From positions 1 to 64,000 of the forward strand of contig JBBQNJ010000012.1 in assembly GCA_038329845.1 (NCBI GenBank): a stretch of DNA of 64,000 nucleotides. Reading direction: 5' to 3'. Each line of letters opens with the position of its first letter. Positions within the stretch are counted from its first letter, which is position 1. This document shows positions 8,197 to 16,352 of this stretch, piece after piece. Under the pieces are notes generated by a model. That model had not been told where the DNA came from. It saw nothing but the letters and a program-made list of their open reading frames with translations, and made no database searches. Position numbers and translations under genes: made by a program. This stretch comes from Tepidisphaerales bacterium. Lineage in GTDB: Bacteria > Planctomycetota > Phycisphaerae > Tepidisphaerales > Tepidisphaeraceae.

Positions 8197-8654
8197 TCAG
8201 TCGAGGCGGACATCGAGCAGTCGCCAGCGGTCGCCGTCACGGGTGAAGGTGAGGGTCTGACTGGCTCGGCGGCCGGTGAGTCGGGCATCGAGGAAGACGA
8301 CCCGCGGGTTGGAGGCGGCGGAGAAATCGGCGGTGAGGGTCGCGCCTTCGTCGGCGAGGATCGCCGGCAGAGGCAGGGAAACTCGACCGATGGCGTGGGC
8401 GGCGGGGGGGCTTGGATGTGGCGGGCACCTGCGAGCAGAAGCTGGCGGAGCTGGGCATCGGCCTGGGCCGTGAGGGTTCGGCGGACGTCGGTGGCGATCA
8501 GCGACGCGATCGCGGCGGCGGCGACGGCGATGAACAGGAGGATCGCGAGGGCGGTAAGCATGGCGAAGCCGCGCGGTCGAAGGGGCGCCGCGGGCCGCTT
8601 GGGCGCGGCGGGCCACTTGGGCGCGGGGATCGAGTCAGCGCGTCTTGCCGTCAT
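8197..8654 (-). pseudogene. Third small pseudopilin-like or T2SS accessory gene. A -1/+1 frameshift at a G7 (C7 on the coding strand) tract near 8404-8410 joins two ORF-track frames.
   Basis: N-terminal frame (from ATG 8654, ATGA overlap with the upstream stop) encodes RGFAMLTALAILLFIAVAAAAIASLIAT…. A plausible C-terminal domain (…ILADEGATLTADFSAASNPRVVFLDARLTGRR…RLLDVRLD*) is in the other frame. The switch point coincides with the homopolymer. Confidence 0.5.
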
Positions 8655-9124
8655 GGGCGGTCTCCTTCCAGAAGTCGGCGTTGGCTGATCAGCAGAATGT
8701 CCGCGGCGGGCGAGGTGGTTGGATTCGCCAGTCGCAATGTCATCCCTGCTTTCGAGACAGCGAATGACCAGTGATGATGCTCATCGGGCCAGCGATAATC
8801 CTGTTCGCCGGGTCTCGTCGCGGCGCGGGAAAGTTCGCCGGGGGCGCTATGCCATCGGACGATCCCGGACGGAGTTGCCAATCGGAGGGTCTGGCCGGTT
8901 TCGAGAGTGAGGGCGGTCGCCGACCAGACATCTCGCCGCAGCATCGCCAACGCCGAGTCGCCCGCGGCGAGGGTCGCCTGTTCGCTGTCAGCCTGGCGCA
9001 TGAGGCGCACGGCGGCGGTGAAAAGCCTGCCGCAGATGCCCAGAAAAATCATAATCAAAGCGAGGGTCATGATCATGTCGAGTAGAATCAAGGCGCGGTT
9101 GGATCGGTGCGGGCGAGGGATCAT
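8651..9124 (-). CDS. Small pseudopilin-like protein (prepilin-type N-terminal hydrophobic segment with an atypical leader).
   Basis: MIPRPHRSNRA|LILLDMIMTLALIMIF with an acidic residue at +5. ATG overlaps the upstream stop (ATGA). Confidence 0.55.
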   Translation of the reverse strand: MIPRPHRSNRALILLDMIMTLALIMIFLGICGRLFTAAVRLMRQADSEQATLAAGDSALAMLRRDVWSATALTLETGQTLRLATPSGIVRWHSAPGELSRAATRPGEQDYRWPDEHHHWSFAVSKAGMTLRLANPTTSPAADILLISQRRLLEGDRP

Positions 9125-9543
9125 GGGCGGGCCTCCTGTTTGGCCGGACGACGGCGTGGGTCGCCGCGACCGGTTTCGAGGGGCACACCGCCCAGCGCCG
9201 TCGCCGGTGCCAGCCCCACCAAAGGCGGCGAACCCGGGCTGGTGGGAACCGTCACGCGGACCCAGGTGTATCCCGGCGGCGCGGGATCGACCAGGCGACG
9301 GACATCGATCGAGGCGTCGAGGTCCGCAGCGGCTTCGCCGGCGACCAGGCGCGTCATGGCCGACTCGACAGCGCGGGTTGCCTGTTGGGAAACGTCGAGA
9401 GCGGCGGCGGCCTTTCGATGCCATCGGGCGGCGTTGGCCAGCAGCAATGCCATTAACGCCACGAGGGACAGGGCGATGATCACATCGACGAGGAACAAGC
9501 CTTTGCGGCAGCGACACTGGGGGCGATGGAGTTTTGAGTTCAT
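9121..9543 (-). CDS. Small pseudopilin-like protein (prepilin-type cleavage/methylation-like N-terminus).
   Basis: MNSKLHRPQCRCRKG|LFLVDVIIALSLVALMALLLA: Gly then hydrophobic segment with Asp at +5. Immediately downstream of gspF. Confidence 0.6.
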   Translation of the reverse strand: MNSKLHRPQCRCRKGLFLVDVIIALSLVALMALLLANAARWHRKAAAALDVSQQATRAVESAMTRLVAGEAAADLDASIDVRRLVDPAPPGYTWVRVTVPTSPGSPPLVGLAPATALGGVPLETGRGDPRRRPAKQEARP

Positions 9544-10790
9544 CGGAGTGCTCCCATGTCCAGACTCAGGGCGTCGATCATTTTGATCAACGGCAGAAAA
9601 AGTGCCAGCGCGACGGCGGCGACGAGGGCTGCGAAGAACAGGATCGTCAGCGGGGCGATCATGGCCGCGAGGACTTCGCGAGCGCGGTTGAATCGCAGCG
9701 CGTAATAGCTTGAGAGATAGCGGAGGGTTTGGGGGACGGTGGCGGTGGCCTGGGCGCTGGCGAGCAACCCGACGGCCAGGGCCGGCAGGCGTGCGGCGCG
9801 GGCGGCGTCGGCGATGGCCGCGCCGTCGGAGAGCGCGCCGGACCAGCGGGCGATGCGCCGGCGGAGCATCAGGTTCACCGGAAGCTGCTCGGCTTCATAG
9901 AGCGCCTGGTCGAGGGGTCGATGAGCCTCGAGGGCGTCGGCCATGACGCCGAAAACATCGCCGAGTCCGCGATCACGTTCGACGACGCGAGTGGGCGTGA
10001 GTGCCCAGAGCAGGCGGTCGGTGAGGGATCGTCCGTAGCGTGCCGCGGGCCAGCCGGGGAGAAAGACTTCCCACAGTCGCACGCCGACGAATCCCATGAT
10101 GATCAGGGCGATGAGGCCAATGAGTGCCGCCGGGGCCCAGTCGGGAAGGGACATGATGGCCTGGGTGGGCGCGGGGATCGGCAATTCGAAGTCGTCAAGA
10201 AGCCGGTGGTATTTGGGCATCACGAAGATGCTGATCATCCCCACGATCGATGCGACGGAGAGGATCATCGCCAGCGCATAGGCGCGGTAGAAAGCGCCGC
10301 GCTGCTGCGAGGGCTGGTCCGGTTCGAGATTTTCTTGAACGATTCTGGCTAGTGCCGCGGGAAGTTGCCCGGAGGCCTCGGCGCTGCCGATCAGGGCCAC
10401 GGTCCGCGGAGAGGCTTCGGGGACGGACATTTCCAGCGCCTGCTGGACCGGGCGGCCTGCGGTCAGGCGCGCGGCCAGGCGGAACAGGCGCTTGCGGGTG
10501 GTTCCCGATTCACCGTTGGCCGCCGCCGACAGCATCGTCGGCAACGGGAGGTTCAAGTTGACCGCCTGCTCGAGGTATCCCAGTACCGCCGCGGCTCGGC
10601 GGCGGCGCAGGCTTCGCGTCGAGACCACCAATAGGCCGATCAGCAGGAGCAAGCCCAGAGGGAACAGATAACCGGCGAGGATGGGCGGGGCCGGACCGAA
10701 GACCGCGACGATCCAGGTCAACACGAGCGTGATGGCGCCGAGTCCGACCCACACGCCCACCGCGAAGAAGCGTACCAGCCAGGCGGGCAT
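9540..10790 (-). CDS. gspF: GspF/PilC-family inner-membrane platform protein, paralog 2.
   Basis: ~416 aa with three hydrophobic blocks and the duplicated GspF-domain architecture. Adjacent to a second GspF paralog and gspE. Confidence 0.75.
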   Translation of the reverse strand: MPAWLVRFFAVGVWVGLGAITLVLTWIVAVFGPAPPILAGYLFPLGLLLLIGLLVVSTRSLRRRRAAAVLGYLEQAVNLNLPLPTMLSAAANGESGTTRKRLFRLAARLTAGRPVQQALEMSVPEASPRTVALIGSAEASGQLPAALARIVQENLEPDQPSQQRGAFYRAYALAMILSVASIVGMISIFVMPKYHRLLDDFELPIPAPTQAIMSLPDWAPAALIGLIALIIMGFVGVRLWEVFLPGWPAARYGRSLTDRLLWALTPTRVVERDRGLGDVFGVMADALEAHRPLDQALYEAEQLPVNLMLRRRIARWSGALSDGAAIADAARAARLPALAVGLLASAQATATVPQTLRYLSSYYALRFNRAREVLAAMIAPLTILFFAALVAAVALALFLPLIKMIDALSLDMGALR

Positions 10791-10791
10791 T

Positions 10792-12030
10792 TTAGAAACC
10801 GCCTCCGCTGACGCTGCGTAGCAGCCACAGAAGCGGCGCGAACATCGCCAGGATCACCGCCACGATGATCAAGCCGATCACGATCAGCAGCAGCGGGGAG
10901 AGAATCGCCGGGATGGTGGCGATGCGATGCTGGGCCTGCTGCTGGTACATCCGCGAGAGGGTGGCGAGGGTTTGCGAGAGGCTGTTGCGTACGGCGGCGA
11001 TGGACATCGCGGCGATGACGGTGGGTGGGATTGCGCGCAGGTGAGTGGCGGCCGCGGCGAGCGATTCACCGCGCATCATCGCCTCGTGTAGCACTATCGC
11101 GTCGCGGCGCAGCACCGGGGTGGCGACGGCGTCGGCGGCGAGGTCAAGCGATCCGGGCAGGTCGATCCCGGCGTCGATGCCGAGGCGCATCGCATCGCAC
11201 CAGCGGGCGAGTCTCGCCTTCTGGACGATGCGCCCGATGAGCGGAAGATGAACGAGCAGTTGATCGCCCAGATTGATCCCCATCATCGCGAGAATCCACA
11301 CGCCGAGGATGCATACGACCAGGGCCGCGGCGACCACGGCGCTGATCAGGGGCAGGCGATGGGCAAGGTAGAAGAGGGTCCCGGTGAAGGCGGGCACCTG
11401 CGTTCGGAACCCCTGGAAGATCTCTTCGAAGCGCGGGACGACGTAGAGCAATAGAATGGCCATGACTCCGATCAACGTCGCCAGCACCGCGACGGGATAG
11501 GCCATCGCCCGCCATAGGGCTTGGCGAAGGCGAGCGATCATTTCCAGGTGGGCGCCGAGATTCAGCAGCATTTCCGGCAGTCGGCCGGAGCGGACGCCGG
11601 CATCGACCAGGCGGGCATACAGTCGCGGGAACTGGGCGCGGTGATGCTCGATCGCTTGGGGCAATGACACACCGCGATCCAGCTCATCGCAGACCTGCGC
11701 CACCGAGCGGGCCAGGCGGCCGCTGCGCATGTCCTGGGCGATGAGGCGCAGGCCCTGCTCCAGCGGCATCCCGGCCTGGGCCAGGCTCGCCAGTTGCTGA
11801 TTGAATGCAGCGAAATCGGCGCCGCGGATCGGCCGGGGTCGCGGCGGCGGGTCGGCGGGGATCATCTCGATCACGCGAAGGCCGAGGGACTCGAGGCGAA
11901 GGCGCGCCGTGTCCATGTCGGCGGACTCGATCGTGCCGGATAGCGGCGCGCCGTCACGCGATTGGGCGTGGTAGGAGAAGTTCAGCGGCGCGGGTGGGGG
12001 GTCGGGAGTATCGTCAAGCATGGGGATCAC
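10792..12030 (-). CDS. gspF: GspF/PilC-family inner-membrane platform protein, paralog 1.
   Basis: 412 aa, cytoplasmic N-domain + TM helices typical of T2SS/T4P platform proteins. Directly downstream of gspE. Confidence 0.8.
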   Translation of the reverse strand: MIPMLDDTPDPPPAPLNFSYHAQSRDGAPLSGTIESADMDTARLRLESLGLRVIEMIPADPPPRPRPIRGADFAAFNQQLASLAQAGMPLEQGLRLIAQDMRSGRLARSVAQVCDELDRGVSLPQAIEHHRAQFPRLYARLVDAGVRSGRLPEMLLNLGAHLEMIARLRQALWRAMAYPVAVLATLIGVMAILLLYVVPRFEEIFQGFRTQVPAFTGTLFYLAHRLPLISAVVAAALVVCILGVWILAMMGINLGDQLLVHLPLIGRIVQKARLARWCDAMRLGIDAGIDLPGSLDLAADAVATPVLRRDAIVLHEAMMRGESLAAAATHLRAIPPTVIAAMSIAAVRNSLSQTLATLSRMYQQQAQHRIATIPAILSPLLLIVIGLIIVAVILAMFAPLLWLLRSVSGGGF

Positions 12031-12075
12031 CTTGGGTCATCTGGGATTCCTCGCGCGGCGTCGGCGATGGCATCG

Positions 12076-13245
12076 TCAGGCATGGACGTGACCTCGGGTC
12101 ATTTGGGATTCTTCGCTCGGCGTCGGCGCTGCGGGGTTTGTTTCGGGCGGGCCGAGGACGCGAGAAACTTCGGCGTGATCGGTGATCCCTCGGGCGACCA
12201 GGTCATCGGCGGCTTGACGCAATGGAACATAGCCGGTCAGGCGCTGCGCCGTGCGGCGCATCGCATCGGCATCGGCGCGGTCCAGGATCAGTTGTCGCCA
12301 GGCCGGGTCCATCGCCGCGAGTTCGGCCAGGGGGGTTCGCCCGGCGTATCGTGCTGTGCCATCGGCGCTGGCGAGGCGACGGATCAGCCGCAGCGCCAGC
12401 ACGCCGTGGACGGCGCTGGTGAGCTGATAGGGCGCGATGCCCATGTCGAGCAGGCGCCCGACGGCGCCGGCGGGGTCGGAGGCGTGCAAGGTGCAGAGCA
12501 GGCGATGGCCCGACAGTGCGGCCTGGATCGCCAGGGCGGCGGTCGCGGCGTCACGGATTTCGCCGAGCATCAAGACCTGCGGGTCCTGGCGAAGAATACT
12601 GCGCAGAGCCCGCTCGTACGTCAGTTCGCCGAAGGGGGAAACTTCGATCTGTGTTATGCCGTCGAGCCGGCGCTCGACGGGGTCTTCGAGGGTGATGATG
12701 CTCAGTCCGGGATGCGTGTCGGCGATCAACTTGAGGAGGGCGTAGAGGGTGGTGGTTTTGCCCGAGCCGGCCGGGCCGGTGACGATGAGCATCCCGGCGT
12801 CGGCGGCGGCGTATCGGCGCAGCGCCGCGACGATGGGGGAGGGCAATCCCAACGCATCGAGAGATCGCGGTGCGGTCAGCTCGGCGGGCAATCGCACCAC
12901 CGCCCGAAGGCCGTGGGCGGTGGGGATCACCGCGAGGCGCGCCTCGGCGGGCTGGGTCGATCCCGGCGGGGCGGGGATGGCGAGGCGTCCTTCCTGGGGG
13001 ATGTCCTGGCGGTAGGTGAGCAACTGGGCCATGACCATCAGTCGGTTGACCATGGCCCGCCCGGCGGCGGCGGAATGGCGCTGGGCGGTCTCGACCAGCC
13101 CATCGACGCGAAGGCGCAGCTCGTATCCTTGCGCCGTCGGCTCGACGTGGATGTCGGAGGCCCGGCGGCGCATCGCCTCGATCAGCAAGCTCTGGAGAAT
13201 CTCCGGAGCCTGCGTGTCGCTCGCCGAGGATGCTGACGATCGCAT
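12076..13245 (-). CDS. gspE: Short GspE/PilB-family secretion ATPase (N2 + C-terminal ATPase domains only, no N1 domain, no tetracysteine motif), ComGA-like.
   Basis: Walker A GPAGSGKTTT. N2 motifs ASDIHVEP…RLRVDG. Asp box and His box context (ILRQDPQVLMLGEIRD). Confidence 0.85.
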   Translation of the reverse strand: MRSSASSASDTQAPEILQSLLIEAMRRRASDIHVEPTAQGYELRLRVDGLVETAQRHSAAAGRAMVNRLMVMAQLLTYRQDIPQEGRLAIPAPPGSTQPAEARLAVIPTAHGLRAVVRLPAELTAPRSLDALGLPSPIVAALRRYAAADAGMLIVTGPAGSGKTTTLYALLKLIADTHPGLSIITLEDPVERRLDGITQIEVSPFGELTYERALRSILRQDPQVLMLGEIRDAATAALAIQAALSGHRLLCTLHASDPAGAVGRLLDMGIAPYQLTSAVHGVLALRLIRRLASADGTARYAGRTPLAELAAMDPAWRQLILDRADADAMRRTAQRLTGYVPLRQAADDLVARGITDHAEVSRVLGPPETNPAAPTPSEESQMTRGHVHA

Positions 13246-13330
13246 CGAGACATTGTACCACAGTCCGCGGCACGCGCCCCGACTCGGCGAACGGGGGCAC
13301 CCGAGCGTAAATTTGCTGTCTTTTCTGTTG

Positions 13331-13378
13331 TTGCACTGGACCCCGCATCGCCGTGGCGGGTATCGGCGCCAAAAGGCG
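13331..13378. promoter_or_regulatory. ~47-bp conserved motif (TGCAsTGGmCCyyGCATCGCCGTGGCGGGTATCGGCsCyArAAGGC) upstream of the gspE operon. A second copy is at 15314-15360.
   Basis: ~85% identical copies lie in two different promoter regions. Adjacent TCTTTTCTRTTGT motif also at 15365 and 15430. Confidence 0.4.
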
Positions 13379-13406
13379 AAGCGACTCGACGAAACGTTAT
13401 GAAGAG

Positions 13407-14873
13407 CTACGTCCTGCTCAGTCTCGTCATCGAATCGCTGGCGGCGAGCGTCGCATCATCGCCCGCGTCTTTCTGCCACGCCTGCAGTTGCCGATGCAGA
13501 TCGGCCAGGCGCGCGCGCTGCTCCGGCTGCGCCGCGAGGTTGTGTCGCTCGCCGGGATCGGTGTTCAGGTTGAACAGTTCCAGTTCGCCAGTGTTGGTAT
13601 AGTTGCTATATCGCCAGCCATCGGTGCTGATGATGGTGCGGCTGGCCACTGTGGGCATGTCCTGTACGATAACGCACGGTGAGGCATCCGCTCGCACATC
13701 AATCGCGCGGCCGGTGTTGCTGGCTTCGCGCAGCAGCGGTGCCAATGACCGCCCATGCAGCCCTTCGGGCACATCGGCGCCAAGAAGGTCGAGCAGCGTC
13801 GGCATCAGGTCTATCTGGCTGATCGGCCCGCCGAGTCGGGCTGCGCGGCGCTGGCCCGGCAGCCGGATCAGCAGGGGTACCATCGTCGCCTCGCGATACA
13901 GCGTGCTCTTTTCCAGCAGGTGATGGCTGCCCATCATCTCGCCATGGTCGCTGCTGAACACGACGATCGTGTTCTCCGACAGGCCCTGTTGCGCAACCGT
14001 GTCGAGAATGCGCCCGATGTGCGTATCGACCAGCGAGCACAGGCCCAGATATCGCGCGGTCAACTCGCGCCAACCCGCTTCGGTGTTCAGGTCGTGGTCT
14101 TGGTAGCCGTCACGGCGGTACCGCTCGAGCCGATCGCGCGTCACCTGGGGAAGTAGCGCCGTTTCGTGTGGAACGGCATCGGGCACGTGATTGAAGTTGC
14201 TGAACATCGGCACCGCCGCCTCGTCGTACTGCCCGTCGCGGCAACTGTGGAATGGCATGTGTGGTTCGAGGATGCTTACCGTCAACATCCACGGCCGGTC
14301 GCGGTGCTGGCGGATGAACTGGCACGCATGATCGGCCAGGAACCGCGGCTTGCAGTAGTGTTCGGGCAGTTGGCTGGCGAACGCCCGCGGGAACACATCG
14401 CGCACGCCCAGCCGGAAGCCTTCGCTGAGCAGGTAGTGGTGGTAGTCGCTACGATCGCGCCTGTCACGCTTGCTGCTGAAGTGGTTCCAATAGATATCCT
14501 CGACGGACACGAACCGTTCATAGCCGTGCTGGGCATACAACTCATCGCCGAGGTGCCACTTCCCGTGATACTCGACGCGGTAGTCGCGGCGCACATCCGG
14601 CGGAAGACACTCGGGCAGACAGCGCGCGTCTTGGCGCAAGGGAATGTTGTTGTCTGTCGCCCCGTGAGCGTGCGGGTACAGCCCGGTCATTATCGACCCG
14701 CGCGACGGCGTGCATACCGGGTTCGTGCAGTATGCCTCATCGAACACGCACGACGAGTCAGCCAGCCGATTCAGATTCGGCATCGCAGCGTAGTCATTGC
14801 CGTAACACGCCAGCGTGTCGCGGCGTTGCTCGTCGGTAAACACGAACAATAAATTCGGCCGGTCGCTTTTCAT
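13407..14873 (-). CDS. Sulfatase (arylsulfatase family, Cys-type) with no obvious signal peptide.
   Basis: N-terminal LLFVFTDEQRRD and the CTPSRGS (C-x-P-x-R) formylglycine motif. Starts MKSDRPN with no hydrophobic leader. Confidence 0.85.
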   Translation of the reverse strand: MKSDRPNLLFVFTDEQRRDTLACYGNDYAAMPNLNRLADSSCVFDEAYCTNPVCTPSRGSIMTGLYPHAHGATDNNIPLRQDARCLPECLPPDVRRDYRVEYHGKWHLGDELYAQHGYERFVSVEDIYWNHFSSKRDRRDRSDYHHYLLSEGFRLGVRDVFPRAFASQLPEHYCKPRFLADHACQFIRQHRDRPWMLTVSILEPHMPFHSCRDGQYDEAAVPMFSNFNHVPDAVPHETALLPQVTRDRLERYRRDGYQDHDLNTEAGWRELTARYLGLCSLVDTHIGRILDTVAQQGLSENTIVVFSSDHGEMMGSHHLLEKSTLYREATMVPLLIRLPGQRRAARLGGPISQIDLMPTLLDLLGADVPEGLHGRSLAPLLREASNTGRAIDVRADASPCVIVQDMPTVASRTIISTDGWRYSNYTNTGELELFNLNTDPGERHNLAAQPEQRARLADLHRQLQAWQKDAGDDATLAASDSMTRLSRT

Positions 14874-15313
14874 GGTAAACTGATAGGAACTTTAATTCCG
14901 CGGGGGTTTATGGAATGGTTTGAGGGAGCGGGGGGTTCGGGGGAGCGGGGGGAGTTTTCGGGACTCATTTCGCCCTCCAAGAGGCCCAATCCCATCGCTG
15001 AGACACGCCGTGAAGCCTACTTCGCGGTTTCCTTGACGCCCGGAGACCGTCCTCGAGCAACTCGAATCCAGAGTACCACCGGTCTCGATGCAAGCAAGAA
15101 CGAATGAAGGGGACGTCGCTCTTCACGCCGGAGATGGGGCGCAACTGCTGACCGTGCTGAGCGACTGGCCGGTGGAGCGGCCGCGCGACCGGACTTCCTG
15201 GGTAAGCCAGCCGCAGACGGCGGCGGAACTGGCTTCACCGCGCGAACACGTGCGCCGCGGCCGGCCATACGGCGACGAGGCGTGGACCGCCAGACGGCGT
15301 GGCAACTGGATCT

Positions 15314-15360
15314 GCAGTGGCCCTTGCATCGCCGTGGCGGGTATCGGCCTCAGAAGGCAC
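15314..15360. promoter_or_regulatory. Second copy of the 47-bp conserved motif, inside an 865-bp non-coding region between the sulfatase and nfeD.
   Basis: See 13331-13378. Followed by two TCTTTTCTATTGT repeats and GCAAGATGsCTGC repeats. Confidence 0.4.
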
Positions 15361-15740
15361 CGGAATGGTGGATGTTATCTTTTCTATTGTCGACAAAAAC
15401 CGAAACCTCTCTTTACACCACAGAGAACATCTTTTCTATTGTGTGCCGGGCGTCCATGCAGGCAAGATGCCTGCCCCCCAAGCGGGGTGGCCATGCGGGC
15501 AAGATGGCTGCACCCCGAGGGGGCTGGGCTGCGATGCTATTGCGGTGATGTGGCGTAGCCGGATGAAAAGGACTTGGGGAGTGCGACTATAAGAAGCAAA
15601 GGGGATTGGAACGCGGTTTTGATTGACATCGCCGGATGGGCGTTCGATGATCTTGGGCGTCGAGTCGCGGCACGGGGCTGACGCGGCGCTGCGGCGGCTG
15701 CGGCGGCTGCGGCGGTGGGGGCGGGTCGGCGGAGAAAGTC

Positions 15741-16352
15741 ATGGAACGCATCTATGTCATTTCGGCGGTGGTCGGCGGGACGCTGTTCGTCTGCCAGTTC
15801 ATCCTGGGGTTGATCGGGGTTTCGCATGTCGGAGGGGACGTGGGGATGGATCATGACCTGGGGGCCGATCATGACTTGGGCGGCGATCACGACGCCGGTC
15901 ATGCCGCCCAGTCGCATGGTGATTCGTGGTTTCTGGGGATCTTCAGTCTCCGTGCCATCGTGGCGGCGATCACCGCCTTCGGACTGGGCGGGATGGTTGC
16001 GACGCGATCGGGATATGGCGGCGGCGTCTCGGCCGCGGCGGCGCTGCTGGTGGGGTTGATCGCCATGGGGGTCGTCGCCGCGGCGATGCGGGCGATGCTG
16101 AAGCTGCGCGACGATGGCACCATCCGGGTGGCCAACGCCGTCGGGCTGACCGGGACCGTCTATCTGACCATCCCCGGGGAAAAAGCGGGTTTTGGGAAAG
16201 TCACGCTCGATCTTCAAAACCGTTCGAGCGAGTTTTCCGCGGCCACGTTCCATCACGAACTAGCGACGGGGACGAAGGTCGTCGTCGTCGATGTCATCGC
16301 GCCCGACACCCTGGAGGTGATCGCGGCGCCGGAAAGCCCAAGGAGTGCATGA
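15741..16352 (+). CDS. NfeD-like membrane protein (YqiJ/YuaF type, C-terminal OB-fold), partner of flotillin.
   Basis: N-terminal TM helices, Asp/His-rich loop, C-terminal beta-rich domain. TGA overlaps the flotillin ATG. Confidence 0.75.
   Translation: MERIYVISAVVGGTLFVCQFILGLIGVSHVGGDVGMDHDLGADHDLGGDHDAGHAAQSHGDSWFLGIFSLRAIVAAITAFGLGGMVATRSGYGGGVSAAAALLVGLIAMGVVAAAMRAMLKLRDDGTIRVANAVGLTGTVYLTIPGEKAGFGKVTLDLQNRSSEFSAATFHHELATGTKVVVVDVIAPDTLEVIAAPESPRSA

Noticed and set aside
7695-8654. 319-aa ORF continuing from the pseudopilin C start across the intergenic region into the hydrolase gene
   Set aside because: After the C7 tract the translation becomes Pro/Ser-rich nonsense and overlaps the well-supported hydrolase gene. 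The frameshifted two-frame model (8197-8654) is more plausible.
15030-15065. tRNA-like T-loop fragment actcgaatccagagtaccacc
   Set aside because: No matching T-stem, acceptor stem or anticodon arm could be built, so a tRNA gene is unlikely. At most it is a decayed remnant.
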